This document shows, piece after piece, positions 8,383-17,763 of a stretch of 64,000 bases of DNA. Source of the stretch: a virus (lineage: Duplodnaviria; Caudoviricetes); the IMG/VR virus record IMGVR_UViG_3300028909_000001; one strand, written 5' to 3'. The notes under the pieces were generated by a model. The model saw nothing but the letters and a program-made list of their open reading frames with translations, was not told the DNA's origin and did no database searches. The translations under genes and the position numbers were made by a program. The stretch's first letter is position 1. Each line of letters opens with the position of its first letter.

Positions 8383-11094
8383 ATCCGCACCATACCCCTT
8401 AAATACTAATGGATTCATTTTAATAGTTTTATCTTTAGAATTTGGATTAGCAATTAAATTAAACCCTAATAGATTATATTTATGCCAGGCTGGATCTCGC
8501 GTTATAATACCAGGTCTTACTGCCATCTCTTCCTTTAATGCCATAACTGCTAATGGACTATGTTTTTTAACATAATCAACCGCACTAATAGCTGGTACAC
8601 CCTTCATAACCAACCTTCTAATAACAAAAGGTTTATATATCTGCCACAGCATATCTTGAGGTACACTAGCCTGGTCTACATCCAATCTAGTATCTGGAGT
8701 TAACACAGCTCTTCCCACCAAATCCAGACTCTTATTAACCACCTTACTCTGAAACATTGTACTTTTAGCCGTTCCACCCTTTAATCCAAACATAGTAGCT
8801 AATATACCTTTAACATTCTTATCCTGGTGTTTCTTATTAATTGGATCACCCAAACCAAAGGCAGCTTTTACTCCATCATATTCATTTTGTTTTAATTTCC
8901 TAACTACTTCGTCCGGCACATTCTCAGTATTTTTAAGTGCATTGTTATTTAGTATGAGGTCTTTATATAGATTATTAACATCACTAGTTAATACTACATC
9001 ACCCATCTTACTAGCAGGTCTGTATTGGGCTGGTAGAATAGGTACTTTATGCAACATCAAATCTTTAGGATGTAACTTATGTTCTTTTAGTGTAGTGAGA
9101 AATTCTAACAATTTAACGGCATCATCTCTTCTAGTCTTCTTCTCACTACCTATATACTTCTTCATTTCTTCTATCTTCTTATCCAGATCTATATTATTAA
9201 GGGCTTTTTCCATTTCCCCATCCACTACCATATCATTAAACTTAAACTTGGTAACTCCTAACAACTTTCTGAGATAATCCTCACTAATAGGATTAGGTAT
9301 GGGATGATTAAGATTTATGTGATTAAACTTGTCACCTAATATGCCTATTATATTAGGATCAAATAGTCCGCCAGGTTCATGTATTAGTTCTTCTTGATGT
9401 GGCTTGAATAATGAAGGTTTCTTAATTTCACCATTACTCAAAGCAGTAGTATCCTTATCTGTTAAAGGTAGGATATTAAAGGTATTACCAACTCTATCTA
9501 CATTAATACCGGCAGCTTTTAAACTATCTATGAACTTGTTAAAGATGAATGGAACTTTAGGGCTGGGTGGGGTTTGGCCCAATTTAATAGCACGCCAGAA
9601 TTCATCATTCTGAGTACCTTTAACAGTACCTATATCCTCCAATACATGTCTGACATCATGACTTAGCAAAGCTGTAGTACCTAAATTTCCTATTCTCTTT
9701 GATGAACCACCTTCCACTGCTGACTTACTTGGTTGCCGGTCGAAACTGTATCCGGACCCCTGACTTCTAGTACTTAGTTTATCTTCACTAATATGAGTTA
9801 ACCTACTATAGAATAATGGACCTACAACTGCTTCAATATTTCTACCAGTAATTGGATCATATAGTTGTTCAGTATCATTTATATTATTCTTCTTTAATAC
9901 ATTAATTACATTCTTAATAGATGAATCCTTTCTAAACTGATCCATTTTAATAGTCTTACCAGTCTTCTCAGCTAATTTACCAAGGCCTAGAGTTATGGCT
10001 AAGGCTGGTGCAACTCTTGACGTGATGGACATGGAGTTAAGCATGATATCAACTGGCTTCCCATTAGGTAGTAGTGGAGCTTGTGAGTCTGATACAATCT
10101 TCGTTACACCCTTAGCTCCAAAGTAATTAGAAATCTTATCACCAGGTAATAGACTTCTTACCGTCTTGATATGTACTGTAATAAGTGGGCCATGTTTGGT
10201 TACATCCACTACTTCTCCATCATGTTCGTAGTCCCAGGCTTCTGAATTATCTTTGAATGCATGTTTTAATACTTTACTCAGCTTACCTAATGCCAAATCT
10301 GTACTCTTTAATGCTCTGGGTGAGTAAGCCAGGATTACCGGGTCTCCAGCTTTCAATCTAGACCCTACTATAACCACTCCATCTGAATCTATATTTTTAA
10401 TTTGATTATTCGTATATTTATTAGGAAATAGTGCTACAAATTTATCCTTGCCTGCCTCTACTCCAAATTTCTCTTCAATACTAAAATTGATCATTTGTTC
10501 TGCTGCCAACTTTTTAGCACCACTTTCAGTCACTGCAAAAGCATCCTCAAAGTTGTCTGAGCGGTACGGGATTATAGCAGTAGTAAGGTTAGTTCCCATC
10601 GCCATATTACCTTCTTTATCATTATAATTACTGTAAGCTATTACTTCATTAGTTTTAACTTTATCACCAACCTTCACTTTAGGGGTATGAGTAATAAAGC
10701 TTTTCCTGCCTAAATGAAAGTTATTATATAGTTGATAGGTAGACTTGGTTTTATCTGTATTATCTACTTTAATATGATTTTCAGTAACTTCAGTAACAGT
10801 ACCAGGTTTAGTTGCAGTTACAGATAAATAATGTTTACCATATAGTTCTTGAGTACTTTCTTTGTTAGTGTCATCTGAACTTTCTACTAACGGACGTTCA
10901 GGATTTACTAAAGGTATAGCTTGGAGAGAAGCCTTGGCTCCTAGTAACACACGCCCGCCGGAAACTGAATTTAGCCCAGTAATCATGTTAGTAGGTAAAG
11001 CAAATAAATCCCTACTCGAAGGCATGGATATATGATCTTCATTTAGTTTGTCCACCTTCTCAAAATTTCCCTTATTAAGTACAGTATAACTCAT
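8341..11094 (-). CDS. rpoB: RNA polymerase beta C-terminal / beta' N-terminal fusion ending in IntN
   Basis: Beta motifs RVLLGAKASLQAIPL, NFEDAFAV, GDKISNYFGAKG, RLTHISEDK; beta' motifs GGLFDPNIIG, VPILPAQYRP, SDVNNLY, TRDPAWHK, NPLVFKGYGAD; start moved to ATG 11094 (TATAAT-N6-ATG). Confidence 0.93.
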   Translation of the reverse strand: MSYTVLNKGNFEKVDKLNEDHISMPSSRDLFALPTNMITGLNSVSGGRVLLGAKASLQAIPLVNPERPLVESSDDTNKESTQELYGKHYLSVTATKPGTVTEVTENHIKVDNTDKTKSTYQLYNNFHLGRKSFITHTPKVKVGDKVKTNEVIAYSNYNDKEGNMAMGTNLTTAIIPYRSDNFEDAFAVTESGAKKLAAEQMINFSIEEKFGVEAGKDKFVALFPNKYTNNQIKNIDSDGVVIVGSRLKAGDPVILAYSPRALKSTDLALGKLSKVLKHAFKDNSEAWDYEHDGEVVDVTKHGPLITVHIKTVRSLLPGDKISNYFGAKGVTKIVSDSQAPLLPNGKPVDIMLNSMSITSRVAPALAITLGLGKLAEKTGKTIKMDQFRKDSSIKNVINVLKKNNINDTEQLYDPITGRNIEAVVGPLFYSRLTHISEDKLSTRSQGSGYSFDRQPSKSAVEGGSSKRIGNLGTTALLSHDVRHVLEDIGTVKGTQNDEFWRAIKLGQTPPSPKVPFIFNKFIDSLKAAGINVDRVGNTFNILPLTDKDTTALSNGEIKKPSLFKPHQEELIHEPGGLFDPNIIGILGDKFNHINLNHPIPNPISEDYLRKLLGVTKFKFNDMVVDGEMEKALNNIDLDKKIEEMKKYIGSEKKTRRDDAVKLLEFLTTLKEHKLHPKDLMLHKVPILPAQYRPASKMGDVVLTSDVNNLYKDLILNNNALKNTENVPDEVVRKLKQNEYDGVKAAFGLGDPINKKHQDKNVKGILATMFGLKGGTAKSTMFQSKVVNKSLDLVGRAVLTPDTRLDVDQASVPQDMLWQIYKPFVIRRLVMKGVPAISAVDYVKKHSPLAVMALKEEMAVRPGIITRDPAWHKYNLLGFNLIANPNSKDKTIKMNPLVFKGYGADSIVDYIIYREKIN

Positions 11095-11185
11095 ATTTTG
11101 ATTATATACTCTTATTATTGATTTCCACAACCTCAAACTTTAGTCTTTAATTAACCTGGAATATACATTAAACTAGGTTAGATTT

Positions 11186-11536
11186 ATGAAGAGTTGGATT
11201 ATTATTGTATTTAGCTTGATTAGTATTAGTATTGAAGCACAACAATTAAATAAAGTCTATCTAAATCACTTATTAGACGCTATTTATCTAGCTGAGGGTG
11301 GGGCTAATACTAAATATCCTTATGGAGTGATTGGAGATTTTAAAAAGAGTCCAAGAATTATAGCTGCCAATACTATAAAACATAATTACAATAACTGGTT
11401 AAATAGTAGTTCTAAAACAGATTTCTTAAGATATCTACAACAACACTATTGTCCTATAAATGCTAAAAATGACCCTAATCATTTAAATGATAACTGGTAT
11501 AAGAATGTATCTTTAATAATGAAACAGTATGAATAA
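11186..11536 (+). CDS. Secreted lysozyme-like / transglycosylase-like protein
   Basis: Signal-peptide-like N-terminus; AIYLAEGG...PYGV...HYCP...LNDNWYKNV pattern. Confidence 0.55.
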   Translation: MKSWIIIVFSLISISIEAQQLNKVYLNHLLDAIYLAEGGANTKYPYGVIGDFKKSPRIIAANTIKHNYNNWLNSSSKTDFLRYLQQHYCPINAKNDPNHLNDNWYKNVSLIMKQYE

Positions 11537-12206
11537 GTTAGATGCATTTATTAATGGTTTTATCAAGGCTGCTGGCCCACTCCCTCCACCTCCTCCACCT
11601 CCTACACCTCCTACACCTCCAAAAATTCCGATGATTTCATTACCACACAATGCTTATACTGTTGGTGGTCTCCCTCCAAATATGCATAATTTTGTTAATA
11701 AAGGTGGTAATACCCTTAATATAAATGCTCACGGTGGTCCTGATAGTGCTATTAATGGAGAATATGCATTTCAAAGTGATTCTAATAATTCTAAAAACTT
11801 GCTTTATAACAATGAACCACTAACTTATACTCCTCAAACATTGGCTAAACTTATTGGTCCAGCTACTAACAATATCAATAATATTTATACTACTGCTTGT
11901 AATGGTGGGGATTGCTCCAATACTAATGTGAGTCCAAACGAAGTGCTTAAAGGGTTTGCTACTCCAGCTATGTACCGTAAATTATTCCCTAATCTTACTA
12001 ACGTTGTTCAAATCCCTCCCAGGCATTATGGTCCATTAATTCCAAGTCAATTTAAGACTAATGAATACCCAGACGTAGTGAATATAATAAATAGAATTAT
12101 TAAAGATAGGAATCCTAATGATCCAATAACTACAAGCTTGCCTCATCAATATAATCTACAAGGTGGTACTAATTGGGTGGATAAAGGGACTTACTATAAT
12201 TACTGA
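11529..12206 (+). CDS. FINGFIKAA-leader protein with Pro linker and possible clan CD cysteine protease domain
   Basis: MNKLDAFINGFIKAAG, poly-Pro, LNINAHGG (H68) ... IYTTACN (C124). Confidence 0.6.
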   Translation: MNKLDAFINGFIKAAGPLPPPPPPPTPPTPPKIPMISLPHNAYTVGGLPPNMHNFVNKGGNTLNINAHGGPDSAINGEYAFQSDSNNSKNLLYNNEPLTYTPQTLAKLIGPATNNINNIYTTACNGGDCSNTNVSPNEVLKGFATPAMYRKLFPNLTNVVQIPPRHYGPLIPSQFKTNEYPDVVNIINRIIKDRNPNDPITTSLPHQYNLQGGTNWVDKGTYYNY

Positions 12207-12207
12207 T

Positions 12208-15063
12208 ATGACAGACCGACACAATGTATATGTAGTTGAATTGGATAAGGAGGTCTTAGCTAAAAAAAAGTTTTTAAAGTTGAATCCTAACTACAATCCA
12301 GAACTACCTCCACTTTATGTAGGAGAGACTGGTTTGAGTCCTGAAGCTAGATTCGAGAAACATAAAACTGGACTAAAAGCCAATATCTGGGTAAAGAATC
12401 ATGGGCTTAGACTTAGGCCTGAACATTATAAAGATTTAAATCCCATGCCATTTCATAAAGCTGAAAGAACCGAGGAATGGTTGGCAAAGAAGTTAAGGGC
12501 TGAGGGTTATCCAGTAGTAGGTGGGAATCCTAGAACCGTACCTTTGAAGAAGGAGGCTGGTGAAGAAGCGTTACAACCTCAACAAGCTAGAGTAATTAAG
12601 AAGATTCAAGATAAGAATACTTCAGGGTTAGTGCTTTATCATGGGATGGGTAGTGGAAAAGGATTGGTTATAGGCTCAAAGATATTAACACCTACAGGGT
12701 GGATAAATATAGAAGATATAAAACAAAACACAGAAGTGATTTCTGTTAATGGTGTGAAAGCTAATGTGACTGGAGTCTATCCTCAAGGGTATAAAGATGT
12801 GTATAAAATTACTTTTAGGGATGGTGCTACTATAGAATGTGATGATTCTCATTTATGGTTCACTCAATCTAGATGTGAACGTAAAAATTACGTTAAAAGC
12901 AAGGATCAATTTAAATATAGGTGGGTAGGTAAAGTCAGGAGTACAAGCGAAATTAAAGATACAGTATTATCTAATGATAATAGTTTAAATTATACTATTC
13001 CTATTGTGAAACCTATTCATTTTAAATATAGAAAACTTCCACTAGACCCGTATTTTGTTGGTTTGATTTTAGGAGATGGTAGTATTTGTGGAGGTGGCTG
13101 TGCGATAACAACAGCAGATGACGAAATTCTGCAATCAATTAAGTCTTTATTTCCAAATTTTACTCTTAAAAAATATTCTAAATATACTTATGGATTAGGT
13201 AAACCAAAAGGATATAACAGTTACATTGTTCAAGCATTTAAAGAATTAAAATTACAAGGTATGAATTGTTTTACAAAATTTATACCTGATATTTATATGT
13301 TTAACACAGTGAAATCTCGCATAGCATTATTACAAGGGTTAATGGATACTGATGGTACTGTAAGTAAAGATGGTATGGCTATAGTTTATGAGTCCGTCTC
13401 AAAACAGTTAGCAGATGGTGTGCAATTCCTTGTTGAATCACTAGGAGGTTTAGCAAAGATAACAACTAGAATTCCAACATATTCATATAAAGGAGAAAAA
13501 AAGAAAGGAGCTTTATGTTATAGGGTTTGGTTAAGTTTACCACCAAATATCAATCCATTTAGATTACACAGAAAAGCAATTCAAGTAATTCCTAAGACTA
13601 AATATAAACCAACTAGATATATAAAAAGTATAGAATATGTTGGAAAAAAAGAGACAATCTGTATTGCAATCGATGACCCTTCTCATCTATATATTACTGA
13701 ACATTGTATAGTTACGCACAATACACGCGAAAGTATTGAATCCTGGAAAGCATTAGGATTACCTAAGACTGATATCATTGTTCCAGCTTCATTAAAATCC
13801 AACTATCGTAAAGAGTTGCAGAGATGGTATGGCAATTCTAATCCTTCTAATATCAACTTAATTAGTCAACAAAGATTTGCTAATTCTAAGTTAAATACTC
13901 CAATATACAATACTGGTTTGCAGATAGTAGATGAAGCTCAAAAAGCTAAAAATAGTAATAGTGAATTATATCAAGCATTGGTTAAAACGAATCCAGCCAA
14001 GCGCCTTCTCCTTTCAGGAACTCCAATTCTAAATGATCCTACTGAATTAAGTAATCTTGTTAACTTAGTAGCAAAGAAACAAGTATTACCTAATAATTTA
14101 TCTGAGTTTAAAAAACAATATTTTAAACAGGAAGAAGTTAAACCTGGATTTTTTGGTAGATTAATGGGAGTTTCTCCAGGCATTCAATATAAGCTACAGA
14201 ATAAAGCTCAACTATCTAAGATTCTGGATAAGTATGTTGACTACTATAAACCTACTCAAGAAGGATATCCTACTGTGACGGAGCAAGAAGTTAATGTTCC
14301 TATGGGTGCTAAACAACAAGAGATATATGATACAATACTCGGAAAGACACCATTTTGGACACGTTATCGAATTAAACATAATTTACCTCCTGGACGTGGT
14401 GAATTAGAAGGTATGCGAGCATTTTTAAGTGGACCTAGACAAGTAAGCAATTCAACTGCTGGATTTACTAAAAATTTAAGAGACGTGGAATCCCCTAAAA
14501 TAGATGCAGCTTTTAAGTTTTTACAAATACAATTAAAACAAGATCCAAACTATAAAGCTCTAGTATATAGTAATTATCTTAATAATGGTCTTAGACCTTA
14601 TGAATCATTATTAAGAAAGAATAATATACCATTTGGAGAGTTTAGTGGAGCTGTAACACCTACTATAAGAGACCAGGCAGTTAAAGATTATAATGCTAAT
14701 AAATTAAGAGCATTATTAGTATCAGGAGCTGGGGCTGAAGGATTGGATTTGAAGGCTACAAATTTGACACAACTTTTGGAACCTTTTTGGAACCTTCCTA
14801 AAGAGAGACAAGTTATCGGAAGATCAGTACGTTTCCATAGTCATGATAGTTTGCCTCCAGAAAAGAGAAAGGTTTTAGTGCAACGTTATTTTGCCACACC
14901 AAAACCTAGTTTATTGGATAAACTTACATTCAATCCCAAACCTACTGGTACAGATTCATATATTAGAAATTCAATCAGTAAACCAAAAGATAATCTTAAT
15001 CAAGAAATAACTAATTTAATAGCCAAGAATCAAGAACCTAAATCTTGGCTTAACTACAATTAA
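12208..15063 (+). CDS. GIY-YIG-like domain fused to an SNF2/SF2 helicase with intein
   Basis: VYVVEL...LYVGETG; Walker A GMGSGK|T, DEAQ, LLLSGTP, GAEGLDL, QVIGRSVR; start moved to ATG 12208 (TATAAT-N7-ATG). Confidence 0.9.
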   Translation: MTDRHNVYVVELDKEVLAKKKFLKLNPNYNPELPPLYVGETGLSPEARFEKHKTGLKANIWVKNHGLRLRPEHYKDLNPMPFHKAERTEEWLAKKLRAEGYPVVGGNPRTVPLKKEAGEEALQPQQARVIKKIQDKNTSGLVLYHGMGSGKGLVIGSKILTPTGWINIEDIKQNTEVISVNGVKANVTGVYPQGYKDVYKITFRDGATIECDDSHLWFTQSRCERKNYVKSKDQFKYRWVGKVRSTSEIKDTVLSNDNSLNYTIPIVKPIHFKYRKLPLDPYFVGLILGDGSICGGGCAITTADDEILQSIKSLFPNFTLKKYSKYTYGLGKPKGYNSYIVQAFKELKLQGMNCFTKFIPDIYMFNTVKSRIALLQGLMDTDGTVSKDGMAIVYESVSKQLADGVQFLVESLGGLAKITTRIPTYSYKGEKKKGALCYRVWLSLPPNINPFRLHRKAIQVIPKTKYKPTRYIKSIEYVGKKETICIAIDDPSHLYITEHCIVTHNTRESIESWKALGLPKTDIIVPASLKSNYRKELQRWYGNSNPSNINLISQQRFANSKLNTPIYNTGLQIVDEAQKAKNSNSELYQALVKTNPAKRLLLSGTPILNDPTELSNLVNLVAKKQVLPNNLSEFKKQYFKQEEVKPGFFGRLMGVSPGIQYKLQNKAQLSKILDKYVDYYKPTQEGYPTVTEQEVNVPMGAKQQEIYDTILGKTPFWTRYRIKHNLPPGRGELEGMRAFLSGPRQVSNSTAGFTKNLRDVESPKIDAAFKFLQIQLKQDPNYKALVYSNYLNNGLRPYESLLRKNNIPFGEFSGAVTPTIRDQAVKDYNANKLRALLVSGAGAEGLDLKATNLTQLLEPFWNLPKERQVIGRSVRFHSHDSLPPEKRKVLVQRYFATPKPSLLDKLTFNPKPTGTDSYIRNSISKPKDNLNQEITNLIAKNQEPKSWLNYN
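12661..13722 (+). mobile_element. Class 3-like intein (354 aa) with LAGLIDADG endonuclease
   Basis: Starts GLVIGSKILTPTGW; DDSHLW, TICIAI and IVTHN|T give the WCT signature; GLILGDG and GLMDTDG motifs. Confidence 0.9.
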
Positions 15064-15314
15064 GCTTTCTCTTCCTTTTCCTGCTCCTTAGCTAATTGCA
15101 GTATTTTCCGCATCAAGTCTGGGGTGAATCTTAGCGGCTGATCTCCGAAATCAAATACATTGCATAGTTCATCCATTACCGAACTAGCGATTGTATTTAT
15201 AACTACCTCAGGTTTGCTAAAGTTATTCACATCTTTAAGTAATGCCTCAACTCCAGAAGTAACTCCACTAACCACTGAATTTTCTGTAACGATATAAGAA
15301 TTAATATTTATCAT
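15060..15314 (-). CDS. Hypothetical protein
   Basis: ORF preceded by TTGACA-N16-TATATT-N7-ATG. Confidence 0.7.
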   Translation of the reverse strand: MININSYIVTENSVVSGVTSGVEALLKDVNNFSKPEVVINTIASSVMDELCNVFDFGDQPLRFTPDLMRKILQLAKEQEKEEKA

Positions 15315-15391
15315 AACTGTAAATATAGCTTAATATTTTCTTATGTCAATTACTGATAGCTAAAAAAAGGGATTTGCAGTCTCCCCTCTCA

Positions 15392-15838
15392 TTACAACAA
15401 GTCTTTATAAGCCTGTACTGCCAAACTATCTGCTTCTTCATTTAGAGGATTTCCGGCATGGCCCTTAGTCCATTCCCAGGTAATCTTTAATTTATCCATA
15501 AAACAATCCATAGTTTCCCACAGTACTTTATTTTTTACTGGTTTTTTATCTTTTGTCCTCCAACCATTTCTCTTCCAATTAGTTATCCATAGACTAGCTC
15601 CCAATACTACATACTCACTATCAGCAATTACTTTAACTATAGTACCTAGTTCGGGATTGTCTAGTATGTATGATAATCCTAAAATAGCACCATAAATTTC
15701 CATCTGGTTATTAGTAACATCAGGGTAAGCCGCAGTTAATCTTTTTATTACTATATCGTCATTACATATAATGGCGCTACACCCACCAACCTTATCTTTT
15801 GAACTTGCTCCACCATCTGTATAAATTATTAAAGCCAT
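15392..15838 (-). CDS. rnhA: Ribonuclease HI
   Basis: IYTDG, TNNQME, DSEYV, NWKRNGW, VKN..LW, WTKGHAG...NEEAD; start moved to ATG 15838. Confidence 0.95.
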   Translation of the reverse strand: MALIIYTDGGASSKDKVGGCSAIICNDDIVIKRLTAAYPDVTNNQMEIYGAILGLSYILDNPELGTIVKVIADSEYVVLGASLWITNWKRNGWRTKDKKPVKNKVLWETMDCFMDKLKITWEWTKGHAGNPLNEEADSLAVQAYKDLL

Positions 15839-15883
15839 ATTGTTGTTATTGTAAAAATTGTTATTGTTTGGTATTATATCATT

Positions 15884-16678
15884 ATGCATTTAAATGAACA
15901 CTTTATTAATGGTTTTATTAAGGCTGCTCTAACTAATCCAGGCAATATTAGTCAACCTAAGCCAGCTCCTAAACCCAGCTCTCCACCTATTCAATCAGCT
16001 CCTTCACCTAACCCAGCTCCACCTCCTCCTTTAGCCAACACTCCTCCACCTCAAGTTCTACCTACTCAACCACCTACTAATCTAAATCATGGTATTATGC
16101 CACAATATGATGGTTGGAAATTGAGGGGATATGCTAAATCTAATAATGGTGGAACTTATGATTACCAAGATACTGCTGGTAAGTATCATTTAATGAATCA
16201 TGAATTAGGTGAAGGTGCTCAAAGTTTGGAGGATTTTAACAACGATAATAGTATATCTAATGAAAAACCAATTGCTAGACAAGCTATTACTCCAGAAGTA
16301 GAGAACCAAGCTTTGCGTTCAGCTTATAGTAATTTAGGGAAACCAGATCTGGATTTGAATAGATCTGCTAACGATATATTAGGTGATCCATATACTAGTG
16401 TTGGTCTTCCTAGAGTAGATAGCGTTACTAGAGGTGGTAGTCCTGAACCTGATCCTAATGAGTTATATCAAAGACTGCAACACAATATGACGAATAATAA
16501 CGGTCTATTCGATCAATTACAAAGTGCTGCTAATGGTCTGCCTGGTAGATTGTGGAATAGTGATCCTGGAATTCATGAACAAGGTATGGGTCAACTATTG
16601 CAGATGGTTAAACATCTAGCCACTACTAATCCACCTTTAGCTCAAGAATTGTATCAGAAGTACTTTGGGCAAAATTGA
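15884..16678 (+). CDS. FINGFIKAA-leader protein with Pro linker and unknown cargo domain
   Basis: MHLNEHFINGFIKAAL followed by a Pro-rich tract. Confidence 0.75.
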   Translation: MHLNEHFINGFIKAALTNPGNISQPKPAPKPSSPPIQSAPSPNPAPPPPLANTPPPQVLPTQPPTNLNHGIMPQYDGWKLRGYAKSNNGGTYDYQDTAGKYHLMNHELGEGAQSLEDFNNDNSISNEKPIARQAITPEVENQALRSAYSNLGKPDLDLNRSANDILGDPYTSVGLPRVDSVTRGGSPEPDPNELYQRLQHNMTNNNGLFDQLQSAANGLPGRLWNSDPGIHEQGMGQLLQMVKHLATTNPPLAQELYQKYFGQN

Positions 16679-16683
16679 TAGTT

Positions 16684-16720
16684 AAAAAAGAGGTTGAGTT
16701 TGCACTCTCAACCTGTTGTT
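16684..16720. terminator. Intrinsic terminator between convergent genes
   Basis: AGGTTGAG/CTCAACCT stem flanked by an A6 tract and a T-rich tract. Confidence 0.75.
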
Positions 16721-16725
16721 TTAAC

Positions 16726-17166
16726 TTATACTCCTAATACTTTAAAGGTACTAGTAAGGTCAGCTTGGAGACGCTTCTTTTCTGAGGCCCTACAGAACCA
16801 ACCAACGCCTCTGCTTGTTGGTAAAAAGTTGTATTTAAACAACATTTTCTTATCTGCCGCTGCCTCATTAAATTCCTGCTCAGAACAAGGAACATAACCA
16901 TCGCCGGTTTCATCAGGTTTTGAAAACACCCATATATCATAGGTTTCCTGTGTATCAGGATGATTAGTATTTGCAGCATCAGAAGCCCCAAAAGGAGCTT
17001 TGGTTATTTCAAATGGTCCTTTTGTTGGCAAGCCTGGTGCCAAAATCCATATCTCACCGGATCCATCGCTTGCCGGCAGTTGAGGCCAACAACGCTCACA
17101 AGAAGCCACTATTACGGTGCAGCCCCTTCCCTCAAATATTTCTTTTATTTCCTGCCTCGTTCTCAT
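16726..17166 (-). CDS. Hypothetical protein
   Basis: ATG ORF with AT-rich leader, bounded by terminators. Confidence 0.7.
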   Translation of the reverse strand: MRTRQEIKEIFEGRGCTVIVASCERCWPQLPASDGSGEIWILAPGLPTKGPFEITKAPFGASDAANTNHPDTQETYDIWVFSKPDETGDGYVPCSEQEFNEAAADKKMLFKYNFLPTSRGVGWFCRASEKKRLQADLTSTFKVLGV

Positions 17167-17219
17167 ATTTTTTGTCTTTCATCCTTTTGCTTAGTTTGTT
17201 ATGCTGGGATTGTATTGTT

Positions 17220-17244
17220 AAAAAAGAGGGATGATTAATCCCTC
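17220..17244 (-). terminator. Intrinsic terminator
   Basis: GAGGGAT/ATCCCTC stem followed by a U tract on the minus strand. Confidence 0.65.
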
Positions 17245-17252
17245 ATGAAATA

Positions 17253-17654
17253 CTAAATCCGCCCTACAAACACCCACTGCTTGTGTTCGAAAGTAGGTTT
17301 CCCACCTTCCACCGTCCGTTGCACATTCCATGCAGAGTAGCATGGAATTGCCGTCCCACCTCCAGTTACATATCTTGCAGTTTCATTAACCAAATGGGAC
17401 TGCACCGGTGCTGCAAAGACACCAAACACCGCCGAGAATATATTCTCGGAGGGAGGACAGTCAGGAGGACAGTCAGGAAGCTCCGCGTACTGCAAGTACG
17501 CCACCACCCCCAATAAATCGTCATCAGTCTGGATTGACATGGAGGCATACTTTGTTGCCTCCTCCAATATCACCAGTTCGAACCCCATCCCCACCGCCTC
17601 AGCGGTTTGGACAGGGGTTGGGGTATGCCGTGAAAACCACAATGCTTTTTTCAT
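17253..17654 (-). CDS. Hypothetical protein (MKKALWFSRH...)
   Basis: ATG 17654 downstream of a class A promoter. Confidence 0.7.
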   Translation of the reverse strand: MKKALWFSRHTPTPVQTAEAVGMGFELVILEEATKYASMSIQTDDDLLGVVAYLQYAELPDCPPDCPPSENIFSAVFGVFAAPVQSHLVNETARYVTGGGTAIPCYSAWNVQRTVEGGKPTFEHKQWVFVGRI

Positions 17655-17708
17655 ATTTATTAATTGTTGATTGTTCTTATAACAAAGGCTAATATCCTTG
17701 TTCATTAT

Positions 17709-17749
17709 GTTATACCACAATTACTTGAAATCATGGTAGAGGGGTGGGG
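17709..17749 (-). promoter_or_regulatory. Class A promoter (C-box-N22-GGTATAAC)
   Basis: CCCCACCCCTC-N22-GGTATAAC. Confidence 0.7.
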
Positions 17750-17763
17750 TAGGTAAGTGAATT

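Noticed and set aside
17453-17479. 12-nt tandem repeat (PDCPPDCPP)
   Set aside because: A tiny in-frame duplication with no wider pattern.
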